Assembly: GCA_900550315.1 (NCBI GenBank)
Contig: URRK01000001.1
Location: 1 to 38,426, forward strand
Direction of reading: 5' to 3'
From: an uncultured Oscillospiraceae bacterium
Lineage (GTDB): Bacteria; Bacillota; Clostridia; Oscillospirales; Acutalibacteraceae
DNA length: 38,426 bases
A model generated the notes under the pieces. The model was not told the DNA's origin and did not search any database. It saw only the letters and a program-made list of their open reading frames with translations. Shown one piece after another: positions 1-9,845 of the stretch. A program made the position numbers and the translations under genes. The stretch's first letter is position 1. Every line of letters starts with the position of its first letter.

Positions 1-70
1 GCCTTGTTTGCCCAGCCGGCGCGGGGGTTTTTTTTAACCTTTTTAAATTTAAACGCTGCCGCTGCAAAGC

Positions 71-718
71 TTAAACCATAGAAACCTTTAAAACCTTAAA
101 GGTTGCCTTTTCAAGCTTTTGGCCGTTTTCTTCGCTAACTAACTGAAAGGCTTTTAGCTCTTGACTTTGTCCGCCGTTTAAATTGTTTACATAAACCGTG
201 TCGCTGGTAATTCTTGCGCCGGTGCCGTCCACCGCCTCAATTTGAACCATGAACGATTTCTGCTCCGCCCCTTTATTTTTTACCTTAACCGGCAACTCGT
301 AGCTGTTTATAAAGCCTTTTTCTACCTTAAATTTGCCTAACTCAACCTCTAAGTTGTTTTTTAAAATGTCCTCGGTATTATTGCCGCTTAAATCGTCCAT
401 AGAGTCGGATATTTTGCTCATAGAGTTTGAAAACTCACTGGTTGCGTCCGAAATTGCTTTAGCGGCCGAGGCTTGCATAACAATGGTAATAATAATAGAA
501 AGCAGACCCAAAACAATTCCCGCAACGGCTACCCCGGTGCTGCTTTTTTTGGCAAAGCAAACAATGGCAAAGGCTACTGCCAATATGCCAAGAAAAAAGG
601 CTACATTATTAATAATCGGAATAAAAGATAGCACCGCCCCGATAATTCCAAGCACCAGTGCCGCCGTGCCAAAGCCCGAATGATTTTTTGTTTGATTGGT
701 TGTTGTTTGATTTTCCAT
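71..718 (-). CDS. Small membrane protein: N-terminal 2-TM hairpin (DUF4190-like) plus C-terminal extracytoplasmic beta-sandwich (DUF4352-like)
   Basis: 215-aa ORF. ATG at 718 is preceded by AGGAGG at 8-nt spacing. Two hydrophobic helices (AALVLGIIGAVLSFIPII, VAVAGIVLGLLSIIITIVM) are followed by a soluble domain. Family names are from memory. Confidence 0.75.
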   Translation of the reverse strand: MENQTTTNQTKNHSGFGTAALVLGIIGAVLSFIPIINNVAFFLGILAVAFAIVCFAKKSSTGVAVAGIVLGLLSIIITIVMQASAAKAISDATSEFSNSMSKISDSMDDLSGNNTEDILKNNLEVELGKFKVEKGFINSYELPVKVKNKGAEQKSFMVQIEAVDGTGARITSDTVYVNNLNGGQSQELKAFQLVSEENGQKLEKATFKVLKVSMV

Positions 719-757
719 AACTTTATCCTCCTAAATATACCGTATTGGGATATTTCG

Positions 758-786
758 ATTATACCATAGTGGGATAATATTGTCAA
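758..786 (-). promoter_or_regulatory. Consensus sigma-A promoter for the 71..718 gene (TTGACA-17-TATAAT with TGn extension)
   Basis: Reverse complement of 758-786 reads TTGACA atattatcccactatgg TATAAT. The -35 overlaps the 5' region of the divergent XRE gene. Confidence 0.6.
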
Positions 787-797
787 GAGGTGACAAT

Positions 798-1004
798 ATG
801 CGCTTAAAACAAATTCGGAAAGCAAAAGGCATTTCGCAGTTAAAGCTTGCTATGGACCTAAACACCAACCAAAACACCATCAGCCGGTACGAAACCGGGG
901 AGCGGGAGCCCGGTATTCGGGAGCTGATTAGCCTGGCGGATTATTTTAATGTTTCGGTAGACTATTTGTTAGAGCGAACCGACAACCCAAAGCTGTACCA
1001 ATAA
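798..1004 (+). CDS. XRE-family helix-turn-helix transcriptional regulator
   Basis: MRLKQIRKAKGISQLKLAMDLNTNQNTISRYETGEREP is a classic Cro/C1 HTH. ATG at 798 follows AGAGGTG. The ORF-track TTG at 780 was rejected. Confidence 0.85.
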   Translation: MRLKQIRKAKGISQLKLAMDLNTNQNTISRYETGEREPGIRELISLADYFNVSVDYLLERTDNPKLYQ

Positions 1005-1160
1005 CCGCCCTTTGGTTTATAGCCCAGCAAAGCAACAAAAAGCAACCAGCGGCAAAAAAGGTCAATTGCTAAAACGGGTCAACGAAAACTAAATAATAAA
1101 ACCCCAACCCAACAACCGGGCAGCAAAAGCCAAAAGAATTTAAGAACCTCGGCAAAGCTA

Positions 1161-1190
1161 AAAATTATAAAAGCCGGGCAACCGCCCGGC
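1161..1190 (-). terminator. Rho-independent terminator after tadA
   Basis: GCCGGGC-aacc-GCCCGGC stem (1173-1190), followed on the minus strand by TTTTATAATTTT. Confidence 0.6.
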
Positions 1191-1224
1191 CAAAATAACA
1201 GCGCCTTTGCACTGTAACAATATT

Positions 1225-1674
1225 TTACTTTTTGCCCCGCACCGCTTTAAAAAAGTCTTGCAGCAGGGCTAAGCACTCCTGCTCTAACACGCCGCCGTAA
1301 ACCTGCGGCTTGTTTGGCAGCCGATAATAAAACAAATTCAGCGCGCCGCCCAACGCGCCCTTTGCCGGGTCGCCGGCGCCAAAAACAACCTCGGCCATGC
1401 GGGCGTTGGCTGCCGCCCCGGCACACATGGGGCATGGCTCTAAGGTAACATAAAGGCTGGCCTTTTCTAACCGAAAGGTGTTTAAAGCCTTGCAGGCCGC
1501 GCGAATAGCCAAAACCTCGGCGTGCGCGGTGGGGTCGCAATTGGTTTCTACCAAATTGTGCGCCGCGGCAATAACCCTGCCGCCCTGCACCACAACCGCG
1601 CCAACCGGCACCTCGCCCAGCGCCGCCGCCAGCTTTGCCTGCTGCAAAGCAGCTTGCATAAATTTTTGGTTCAT
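1225..1674 (-). CDS. tadA: tRNA-specific adenosine deaminase
   Basis: Deaminase zinc motifs HAEVLAI and PCPMCAGA. About 149 aa. Confidence 0.93.
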   Translation of the reverse strand: MNQKFMQAALQQAKLAAALGEVPVGAVVVQGGRVIAAAHNLVETNCDPTAHAEVLAIRAACKALNTFRLEKASLYVTLEPCPMCAGAAANARMAEVVFGAGDPAKGALGGALNLFYYRLPNKPQVYGGVLEQECLALLQDFFKAVRGKK

Positions 1675-1678
1675 GGCC

Positions 1679-3286
1679 TTATTGCAGCTGCACGGTTAGT
1701 ACCGTAAGGGCGGTAATAATTATAAAAATAATTACGGTTGGCCGGCCCATAAACCAGCCAAAGCGCTGCCCCGCGGTAGAAACATGGGGCGTTTTGGCAA
1801 AGGCAAAAATGTTGGGGCTTTTAACCGTTAACCGGTAGGCTGCAAAAATGCCGCCAATAATTAAAACCAGCACTAAAACGTAATTTAACAGCTGCATTAG
1901 GTTTTCGTTTAAATAAAGGCTGCCGTGCTCTTGCAGTACCGCTAAAAAGTTGTTTAAAAAGTGAATCAATACGCCGGTCCAAATGCTGCCGGTTTTAACA
2001 ACGGCAAAGCCCAAAAGCAGCCCAACCGTAAACGCAAAGGGTATTTGAATAAGGTTGCCGTGTACTAAGCCAAACAAAATGGCCGAGGTAAAAATGGCAA
2101 AGGAGTCGCCAAATTTTCTTAGGCTGCCTAAAATAGCCCCGCGAAAGAAAAATTCCTCTATTAACGCGGGGGCACAGGCCGTTGTTAAAAAGCTAATAAC
2201 AAAGCCTAATATCCCCTGCGGGGTGCCAAAATCCTGCGATTTTAGCTCAAAAACCGGCGAAAGCCGCTGCTGCAAAATGCTTACCCCAATGTTGGCAATG
2301 TAGCACCCGCCAATGGCAGTAAAAACCATTGGCCAAAACAGCGCTTTGTTTGGCTTGGCAAAGCTAATAAGCTCCCTTACGCGCCGGCGCTGCATTTTAA
2401 TAAGGCAAAGTGCCGCCCCGCCAAACCCCACAAAGGTTAAAACGGTGTTTAACAGCAGCGAAAAAACAGGCTCGGCCAGCAGCAAATTTAGGCTAAAGGC
2501 CATATTTTGCGTTTGTTGGTACAAAAGGTTTAAGCCAACAATGATAAGCACCTGCAGGCAGTTTACAAAAAGGTAAAACAGCAGCAGCGCCCCGCCAACC
2601 TTGGTGCCCGTTTTGGCAACCGCCTGCTTTTCGTAATAAAGCTGCGGCATTTGGTAAACCCCGGGGTAGAGCGGGTATTGCCCGTAGTATGGGTTATACT
2701 GATTATACTGTGCGTACTGTATATAATACGGGTTGTACTGTGCGTTTGGCACGCCGGGCTGCGCCGGGTTCCCGTAAAAATTACTTTGCGTATTATTTTG
2801 CACCGGTTGTTGCCCGTTAAAATTACCAGGCGTATTATTTACCCCCGTATTTTGAACCGGCACCCCTTGCGGCACGGTTTGAACCGGGTTTACCTGCACC
2901 GGGCTGGCCTGCGGGGCTGCACCCTGGGGCCAAGCCCCTTGCGGCGCGTTTGGCACGGCGGCCCCCTGAACGGGATTGCCCTGTACCGAAACCCCTTGAA
3001 CCGGAACCCCCTGCGGAGTGGCTTGAACCGGGTTTGCTTGTGCCGGGCCGGCCTGCACCGGGGGTTGCTGCGCGGGCGATGCCGAAGCTGCAACCGTCGG
3101 CATCGGTGTTTGCGCACCCTGCGCCGGCACCCCTTGAATCGGCGCCCCTTGCGGCAAAACCCCTTGTGGGTTTCCTTGCGGGGTTCCCCCCTGCGCGCCG
3201 GGCTGTACCGGGGCGGCCGGCGGGGAAACCTGCTGCGGTGCGTCCCCCTGCGGGGGCATTTGCGGTTGTTGATCAAAGGAATTCAT
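1679..3286 (-). CDS. CPBP-family (CAAX/Abi) intramembrane metalloprotease with about 210-aa Pro/Gln/Gly-rich then Tyr/Asn/Gln-rich N-terminal extension
   Basis: EEFFFRG, FGLVHGN and HFLNN motifs in a multi-TM C-terminal half. ATG at 3286 follows AAGGAG at 6-nt spacing, 12 nt after the gyrA stop. Confidence 0.85.
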   Translation of the reverse strand: MNSFDQQPQMPPQGDAPQQVSPPAAPVQPGAQGGTPQGNPQGVLPQGAPIQGVPAQGAQTPMPTVAASASPAQQPPVQAGPAQANPVQATPQGVPVQGVSVQGNPVQGAAVPNAPQGAWPQGAAPQASPVQVNPVQTVPQGVPVQNTGVNNTPGNFNGQQPVQNNTQSNFYGNPAQPGVPNAQYNPYYIQYAQYNQYNPYYGQYPLYPGVYQMPQLYYEKQAVAKTGTKVGGALLLFYLFVNCLQVLIIVGLNLLYQQTQNMAFSLNLLLAEPVFSLLLNTVLTFVGFGGAALCLIKMQRRRVRELISFAKPNKALFWPMVFTAIGGCYIANIGVSILQQRLSPVFELKSQDFGTPQGILGFVISFLTTACAPALIEEFFFRGAILGSLRKFGDSFAIFTSAILFGLVHGNLIQIPFAFTVGLLLGFAVVKTGSIWTGVLIHFLNNFLAVLQEHGSLYLNENLMQLLNYVLVLVLIIGGIFAAYRLTVKSPNIFAFAKTPHVSTAGQRFGWFMGRPTVIIFIIITALTVLTVQLQ

Positions 3287-3298
3287 GTTGTGCTCCTT

Positions 3299-5857
3299 TT
3301 ATTCCTGCGTTGTGTTGGTTTCGGGCTGCGCGGTTTGCTCGGCCTGTTCAGTTGGCTCTGCCGGCTCGGCCTCTGCCCCCTCCGGCGCGGCAGCGCCCTC
3401 ATCATGCGGGGCGGCAACAACAGTTAAAATTTTGTCGTCCCCCTCTACCCGCATTAAGCGCACACCCTTGGCCGGGCGGGCTAAGGTTCTAATTTCGGCA
3501 ACCGAAATACGAATAATAGAGCCGTTGGAGCGGATCATAACCAGATCCTCCTCCTCTTTTGCCTCAATAATTGCGGCAACCTTGCACTGGTAAAGCTCGC
3601 ACTTGTAGTTGGTAACGCCCTTGCCCCCACGCTGGGTCACGCGGTAATCCGCAACCTTGCTGCGGCGGCCAAGGCCGGTGTCGGTAACGGTTAGCAGCTC
3701 GCCGTTTTGCGGGCAAACCTCCATGCCAATTACCGTGTCGTCCGCCTCCATGCGAATGGCGCGAACACCACGAGCCGTACGGCCCATGCAGCGAACGTTA
3801 TTTTCCGGGAAACGGATAATCCGCCCGTTTTTGGTGGCTACCATAAACTCGCCGCTGCCGTCGGTAATTTTAACAAAGCTTAGCTCGTCGTCCTCCTCCA
3901 TGGCAAGGGCTATTACGCCGTTTTTGCGGGTGTGCCGAAAGGCGTTTAGCTCGGTGCGCTTAATAACGCCCTTTTTGGTACCCATGCAAACAAACCTGCC
4001 CTCGGCCTCCCGCTCGGCGGTTGGTACAATAACAACAATTTTTTCACCCGGCAGCAGGGGTACTAAGTTTACCATGTTCATGCCCTTGGCGGTGCGGGTG
4101 CCTTCGGGAATTTCGTACGCTTTCATGCGGTAAACCCGCCCTAAGTTCGAGAACATCATAATATAATCGTGCGAGGAGCAGGTAAACATGTTTTCTACAA
4201 TGTCGTCCTCACGGGTGGTCATGCCAATAATGCCGTTGCCGCCGCGGTGCTGCACGGTGTAGGTGTCGCACGGCAGGCGCTTAATGTAACCGTTTTGGGT
4301 CTTGGTTAAAATGCACTGCTCTACCGGAATCAGGTCTTCAATATCTACCTCTCCGGCCACATCCGAAATTTCGGTGCGGCGGTCGTCGGCGTAGCGGTCG
4401 CGCTGGTTCAAGGCCTCGGTTTTTACAATATCCAGTATTCTTTCGTGGCTGGCTAAAATGGCTTCGCACTCTTTAATAAAATCTAACTTTTCCTGTAATT
4501 CGTCTAAAATCTTTTGTTTTTCCATGCCCGCTAACCGGCCCAGCTGCATTTGCACAATGGCCGTTGTTTGCACATCGTCCAGGCCAAAGCGGTCGGTTAA
4601 GGCCTGCTTGCTTTCGGGAATGGTTTTGCTGTTGCGAATAATGCTAATAACCTCGTCAATAAAATCCAGCGCAACCTTTAAGCCCTCTAAAATATGGGCG
4701 CGTTCCTCGGCCTTGCGTTTTTCAAACGCGGTGCGGCGCTGAATAATTTCGCACTGAAAGTCAATGCAGTTTTGCAGCATCTCCTTTAGCGTTAAAACCT
4801 GCGGTTTGCCGTTTACAATGGCCAGCAAAATGGCGCCAAAGGTGGTTTGCAGCGAGGTGTAGGAGTACAGCTTGTTCAGTACCACTTGCGGGCTGGCGTC
4901 TTTTTTAACATCTACAATAATGCGAATACCGCCGTCCCGCTTGGAGGAGTAGTCTACAACATCCTCAATGCCCTCAATGCGCTTTTCGTTGGCTAAATCG
5001 TAAATGTTTTTAACCAGGTCTTTTTTGCGCACCTTGTAAGGAATTTCGGTAATTACAATGCGGAATTTGCCGTTTTTAACCTCCTCAATTTCGGCCTTGC
5101 CGCGCAGGGTAATTTTGCCGCGGCCGGTGGCGTACGCCGCGCGAATCCCCGCCCGGCCCATAATGGTGCCCCCGGTTGGAAAATCCGGCCCTTTAATGTA
5201 CTGGCAAATGTCCGAAAGCTCGGCTTCGGGGTTGTCTATTAAACAGCACATACCGTCAATAACCTCGCCCAAATTGTGCGGGGGAATTTCGGTAGCCATA
5301 CCAACCGCAATACCCGAGGAGCCGTTTACCAAAAGCTGCGGAAACCGCACCGGCAAAACCTCCGGCTCTTTTAGGCGGTCGTCGTAGTTCGGCATAAAGT
5401 TTACGGTATCTTTTTCAATATCGTCCAGCATGTGCATGGAAAGCCGATTCATTTTAGACTCGGTATAACGGTAGGCGGCGGCGGGGTAACCGTCAATGTT
5501 ACCAAAGTTGCCGTGCCCGTCAATTAACGGGTAGCGCAGCGAAAAATCCTGCGCCATGCGCACCATGGCGTCATAAACCGAGGCGTCGCCGTGCGGGTGG
5601 TACCGGCCCAGCACCGCACCAACCGTGTCGGCGCACTTGCGGTAGGCCTTGTCGGGCGTTAGGCCGTTTTCGTACATGGTATACAAAATGCGGCGGTGTA
5701 CCGGCTTTAGGCCGTCCCGCACATCCGGCAGCGCGCGCCCCACTAAAACTGACATAGAATACTGCAGCATGCTGTTGCGTACTTCGTCTACAATTTCAAC
5801 CGGCTGAATACTGGTTTCATGATCCTCCGGCCAATAAACTTTTTCCTGCTTTGCCAT
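3299..5857 (-). CDS. gyrA: DNA gyrase subunit A
   Basis: QRDR-type HPHGDASVYDAMVRMAQDFSLRYPL, GLKPVHRRILY, C-terminal beta-pinwheel and acidic tail. RBS AGGAGGG. Confidence 0.97.
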   Translation of the reverse strand: MAKQEKVYWPEDHETSIQPVEIVDEVRNSMLQYSMSVLVGRALPDVRDGLKPVHRRILYTMYENGLTPDKAYRKCADTVGAVLGRYHPHGDASVYDAMVRMAQDFSLRYPLIDGHGNFGNIDGYPAAAYRYTESKMNRLSMHMLDDIEKDTVNFMPNYDDRLKEPEVLPVRFPQLLVNGSSGIAVGMATEIPPHNLGEVIDGMCCLIDNPEAELSDICQYIKGPDFPTGGTIMGRAGIRAAYATGRGKITLRGKAEIEEVKNGKFRIVITEIPYKVRKKDLVKNIYDLANEKRIEGIEDVVDYSSKRDGGIRIIVDVKKDASPQVVLNKLYSYTSLQTTFGAILLAIVNGKPQVLTLKEMLQNCIDFQCEIIQRRTAFEKRKAEERAHILEGLKVALDFIDEVISIIRNSKTIPESKQALTDRFGLDDVQTTAIVQMQLGRLAGMEKQKILDELQEKLDFIKECEAILASHERILDIVKTEALNQRDRYADDRRTEISDVAGEVDIEDLIPVEQCILTKTQNGYIKRLPCDTYTVQHRGGNGIIGMTTREDDIVENMFTCSSHDYIMMFSNLGRVYRMKAYEIPEGTRTAKGMNMVNLVPLLPGEKIVVIVPTAEREAEGRFVCMGTKKGVIKRTELNAFRHTRKNGVIALAMEEDDELSFVKITDGSGEFMVATKNGRIIRFPENNVRCMGRTARGVRAIRMEADDTVIGMEVCPQNGELLTVTDTGLGRRSKVADYRVTQRGGKGVTNYKCELYQCKVAAIIEAKEEEDLVMIRSNGSIIRISVAEIRTLARPAKGVRLMRVEGDDKILTVVAAPHDEGAAAPEGAEAEPAEPTEQAEQTAQPETNTTQE

Positions 5858-5871
5858 ATTTGTGCCCTCCT

Positions 5872-7806
5872 TTAAATGTCAAGATCCGTAGCAAATACGG
5901 CGTTTTCTTCAATAAAATGGCGGCGCGGTTCAACTTCCTCGCCCATTAGCATGCTAAAGGTGGCGTCGGCCAATTCGGCGTCCGACATTTTAACCTTAAG
6001 CATGGTGCGGTGTTCGGGGTCTAAGGTGGTCTCCCACAGTTGCTCGGGGTTCATTTCACCCAAACCTTTGTACCGCTGTACATCGGCGTTGCCGCCCAGC
6101 TTTTCAATGTAGGCGGCCTTTTCCTCGTCGGTAAAGGCGTCGTAATGGTGCTTGCCCTTAGAAACGCGGAACAGCGGCGGCTGGGCTAAGTAAATGTGCC
6201 CCGTTTCAATTAGCTGCGGCATATACCGAAAGAAAAAGGTTAACAGCAGGGTACGAATGTGCGAGCCGTCAACATCGGCATCCGCCATAATAACAATTTT
6301 GTCGTACCGCAGTTTGGCAATATCAAAATGGTCGCCAATGCCGGTGCCAAGGGCTAAAATAACCGGGGTTAGCTTGTCGTTGCCGTAAACCTTATCTACC
6401 CTTGCCTTTTCAACGTTCAGCATTTTACCCCAAAGCGGTAAAATAGCCTGGTAGGTGCTGTTGCGCCCCTCTACCGCACTGCCGCCGGCCGAATCGCCCT
6501 CTACAATAAAAATCTCGGTTTTCGTGGGGTCGTTCGAAATACAGTCGGTTAATTTTTCCGGCATACGCACCCGCGTGGTGTTCGATTGCTTGCGCTGCAG
6601 GTCGCGCGCCTTTTGGGCGGCCTCCCGCGCGTTCGAGGCGGCAATGGCCTTTTCAATAATGGTTTTGCCAATGGCGGGGTGATCCTCTAAAAAGGCCGAA
6701 AACTGGCTGCTTACCATGTTGTTTACCATAGTACCCATAGAGGTGTTGCCTAATTTAGATTTGGTTTGCCCCTCAAACTGAGCCTCGGTTAACTTTACGC
6801 TAATAACCGCAATAAGCCCCTCTAAAACATCATCGGCGCGCAGCCGCGGGTTAGATTCTTTTAAATATTTAAACCGCAGTCCGTAATTGTTAATGGCCCG
6901 AACCAAGGCGTTTTTAAAAGAGGTTTCGTGCGTGCCGCCGTCTACGGTATGAATATTGTTGGCAAAGCTAATAATGTTGGTGTCGTACCCCGTGTTAAAC
7001 AGCAGGGCAACCTCGGCGGCCGAGTCATTCTCGGTTTTCGAAAGGTAAATCACCTCGTCGTGCAGCTTTTCCTTTTTGGTTTTGGCCAGCAAAAATTCGC
7101 AGTAACTTTTAATGCCGCCCTCAAAGTGCAGCACCGTTTCTTTTTCCTGGTCGGGGCGCAGGTCGCGCAGAATAATTTTAACGCCGGCGTTTAAAAAGGC
7201 CTGCTCACGCAAACGGGTCAGCAAAATGTCGTAATCGTAAACCGTGGTGTCGGTAAAAATCTCGGCGTCCGGCTTAAAGGTAACAATGGTGCCGGTTTTG
7301 TCGGTGTCGCCAACAATGTGCAGCTCGTCTACCGCGTTGCCGCGCTCGTAACGCTGCTTGTAAAGGTGCTTGCCGTCGGCAACCTCAACCTCTAACCAGC
7401 TGGAAAGCGCGTTTACAACCGAGGCGCCTACGCCGTGCAGCCCGCCGCTTACCTTGTAGCCGCTGCCGCCAAACTTACCGCCGGCGTGCAGCACCGTAAA
7501 TACAACCGAAACGGTTGGAATCCCCATTTTGGGGTGAATTCCTACCGGAATTCCGCGCCCGTTATCCTGCACGCGAATAATGTCGCCCTCTAAAATGTCG
7601 CAGTAAATGGTGTCGCAGTAGCCGGCCAAGGTTTCGTCAATGGCGTTATCTACAATTTCGTAAACCAGGTGGTGCAGCCCGCGCTCGCCGGTAGAGCCAA
7701 TGTACATACCCGGCCGCTTGCGAACCGCCTCTAACCCTTCTAAAACCTGTATGGAATTTTCGTCGTAGCTTTCGGTTACGGGGGTGTTAATATCGTTTGC
7801 GCTCAT
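5872..7806 (-). CDS. gyrB: DNA gyrase subunit B
   Basis: HHLVYEIVDNAIDE, GGLHGVGASVVNALS, EGDSAGGSA and GKMLNVEKA motifs. 644 aa. Confidence 0.97.
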   Translation of the reverse strand: MSANDINTPVTESYDENSIQVLEGLEAVRKRPGMYIGSTGERGLHHLVYEIVDNAIDETLAGYCDTIYCDILEGDIIRVQDNGRGIPVGIHPKMGIPTVSVVFTVLHAGGKFGGSGYKVSGGLHGVGASVVNALSSWLEVEVADGKHLYKQRYERGNAVDELHIVGDTDKTGTIVTFKPDAEIFTDTTVYDYDILLTRLREQAFLNAGVKIILRDLRPDQEKETVLHFEGGIKSYCEFLLAKTKKEKLHDEVIYLSKTENDSAAEVALLFNTGYDTNIISFANNIHTVDGGTHETSFKNALVRAINNYGLRFKYLKESNPRLRADDVLEGLIAVISVKLTEAQFEGQTKSKLGNTSMGTMVNNMVSSQFSAFLEDHPAIGKTIIEKAIAASNAREAAQKARDLQRKQSNTTRVRMPEKLTDCISNDPTKTEIFIVEGDSAGGSAVEGRNSTYQAILPLWGKMLNVEKARVDKVYGNDKLTPVILALGTGIGDHFDIAKLRYDKIVIMADADVDGSHIRTLLLTFFFRYMPQLIETGHIYLAQPPLFRVSKGKHHYDAFTDEEKAAYIEKLGGNADVQRYKGLGEMNPEQLWETTLDPEHRTMLKVKMSDAELADATFSMLMGEEVEPRRHFIEENAVFATDLDI

Positions 7807-8004
7807 TCAAAAATCTCCGTTTCTTTTTTCGCCGCGCCAAAGGGCTAACCGGCGGGAACCCCCGCGCCAAGCCGCTGCGGCAAAATTTTAAATTTAAAAA
7901 TATTTTTAAAAGCCCGCGCCGGCAAACCCGGCGGCTTTGTTATTTTTTAAAGCTTTAAAAGCAAAATGCCGCTTTTGTTTTTTGGCCTTTGCCCCGGTTT
8001 TAGG

Positions 8005-8277
8005 TTACTCAAAATAAGTAAAGCCTTTTTTGCTGCGCTTTTCCAGCGTTACGGTAGAAATTTGCGAAATGTAAACCGTTTGCTTTTTGCTGTTCTTTGG
8101 GGCGGTTACGGCAAAGGTTTTTGGCAGGTCGTCGGTAACGTTTACCACCTGGCCGCGCTTTTCGGCAAGGGTTAAAAAATCCCTCGTTTTTTTGGATACG
8201 GTAGAGTTATCTAAATCAAACAACCCAATTAAATCGCTTGTTTTAATAACTGTGCCTTGCCCTAAGTGTAAGTACAT
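8005..8277 (-). CDS. remB: DUF370-family protein (RemB/YaaB-like)
   Basis: MYLHLGQGTVIKTSDLIGLFDLD resembles the B. subtilis YaaB N-terminus. It holds the conserved position between recF and gyrB. Confidence 0.8.
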   Translation of the reverse strand: MYLHLGQGTVIKTSDLIGLFDLDNSTVSKKTRDFLTLAEKRGQVVNVTDDLPKTFAVTAPKNSKKQTVYISQISTVTLEKRSKKGFTYFE

Positions 8278-8550
8278 TTTTTCACCGCTTTTTAAAAAGT
8301 TTATTTTAAATTTAACAAAAAAGCTAAAACCCTTGGCGGGCGGCGGTAACTACCGCCTAATACCGCCTTTCATAAAAGCAAAATTTAAATGAAGGCCAAT
8401 TTTAAAAGCTCCGCTTTAAAACCCGGTGCAGGCCTTGCAAAAGGCCCTTTTTAAAATTAATTTTAAAAAACAAAGCTTAAAAATTTTGCTTTTAAAAACC
8501 CGTTTGCGGCTTTTTGTTTTTTTACAGGCTTGCACCCGTTTAGCAAAAAA

Positions 8551-9636
8551 TTAACCCTGCCGGGTAATTTCACCGCTTTTCATACAAAAAACCGTGCCGT
8601 TTTTTAAGCCCTTAATGTTGCCGGGGTCGCAGCAGGTTAAAAAAACCTGCCAGCCTAAAATGTGGTTTAAAATAAAATCCTGCCGGTTTTCGTCCAGCTC
8701 GCTCATTACATCGTCTAACAGCACAATGGGGTACTCGCCGGTTAGCTTTTTAATTACCCGAACCTCCGAAAGCTTTAGGGCTAATGCAATGCTGCGGCGC
8801 TGCCCCTGCGAGCCAAAGCGCCGGGCGTCCCGCCCGTTCAGCAAAAAGGTTAAATCATCCCGGTGCGGACCAATTGAGGTGTTGCCGGTAAAAAGGTCGG
8901 CCTTGCGGCTGTTTTTGTAGGCCGCGGCCAGCTGTGCCGGCTCAAAGCCGTTTAAAACGGTGCTTTCGTAGTGTAAAACAAGCTGCTCCCGCCCGCCGGA
9001 AATACCGGCGTAAAGCTCGGGCACAACGGTTTCAAGCAGCTGCATATACCGCTGCCGGTGCCTTAAAACCTCGGCGGCACAGCCGGCCAAGGCCCACTCA
9101 AAATCGTCTAATAAATTCTCGCTTTGCGAAAAATATTTTAAGTCCCGCAAAACGCGGTTGCGCTGCTCAACCGCTTTTATATAGCTGCGCAGCGCCCGGT
9201 TGTAGGTAGGAAAAATTTGCCCAATGGCCGTGTCTAAAAATCGGCGGCGCATGGCCGGGGCGCCGTTTACCAGGTTTAAATCTAACGGCGAAAAAACAAT
9301 AGCGTAAAATTTGCCGGCCAGCTCGGCCGCCGAGCTTAACGGCTTGCCGCCGTATTCGGCCTGCCGTTTTGCTAACACGGTTATTTTGGCGGTTTTTTGC
9401 ACCTCGCCAAAAATGTAATCGCAGCTAATTTGCGCCTGCTCACGGTCAAAACCCTTTAGCTCGGCGTCCTTTGCCCCGCGAAAGCTTTTTGCCCCGCAAA
9501 AAAGCCAAAGTGCCTCTAACAAATTGGTTTTACCCTGGGCGTTTTCACCGTAAATAACGTTAATGCCCGGCTGCGGCAAAAAGGTTAGGCTGCTAAAGTT
9601 TCGAAACCCCGCAGCCGTTAGCTTTTCAACCGTCAT
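8551..9636 (-). CDS. recF: DNA replication and repair protein RecF
   Basis: Walker A GENAQGKTNLLEAL, GPHRDD, signature SQGQRRS and Walker B LLDDV. ATGA overlap with yaaA. Confidence 0.95.
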   Translation of the reverse strand: MTVEKLTAAGFRNFSSLTFLPQPGINVIYGENAQGKTNLLEALWLFCGAKSFRGAKDAELKGFDREQAQISCDYIFGEVQKTAKITVLAKRQAEYGGKPLSSAAELAGKFYAIVFSPLDLNLVNGAPAMRRRFLDTAIGQIFPTYNRALRSYIKAVEQRNRVLRDLKYFSQSENLLDDFEWALAGCAAEVLRHRQRYMQLLETVVPELYAGISGGREQLVLHYESTVLNGFEPAQLAAAYKNSRKADLFTGNTSIGPHRDDLTFLLNGRDARRFGSQGQRRSIALALKLSEVRVIKKLTGEYPIVLLDDVMSELDENRQDFILNHILGWQVFLTCCDPGNIKGLKNGTVFCMKSGEITRQG

Positions 9637-9845
9637 TGGGTTACCTTAAACTGCTGCCCGGCAAAGGTAATTTCATCGCCGGGGTGCAGCTTTTTACCCC
9701 GCATGGTGCAAACGCTGCCGTTTACCAGCACTTCGCCCCCGGTAATAACAATTTTAGCGTGCCCGCCGGTTGCGCACACCCCACTAAGCTTTAAAAAACT
9801 ATCCAGCTTAATAAAATCGGTTGTAATTTTAATTTCTTTCATCAT
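9633..9845 (-). CDS. yaaA: S4-domain RNA-binding protein (YaaA/RlbA-like)
   Basis: 70 aa, GGHAKIVITGGEVLVNG...RGKKLHPGDEI. ATGA overlaps with both dnaN and recF. Confidence 0.85.
   Translation of the reverse strand: MMKEIKITTDFIKLDSFLKLSGVCATGGHAKIVITGGEVLVNGSVCTMRGKKLHPGDEITFAGQQFKVTQ

Noticed and set aside
1005-1224. SRP (4.5S/scRNA) gene, which follows tadA in Bacillus
   Set aside because: The sequence is A/C-rich and unstructured apart from the terminator hairpin, with no conserved SRP domain IV motif.
2651-3492. Long plus-strand ORFs (258 aa, 180 aa) and a 128-aa minus-strand alternate-frame ORF overlapping the CPBP N-terminal region
   Set aside because: They are Arg/Pro/Leu-rich translations of a GC-rich repetitive segment with no SD. 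They lie antisense to, or out of frame with, a gene whose C-terminal part has clear CPBP motifs. They are a compositional artefact.
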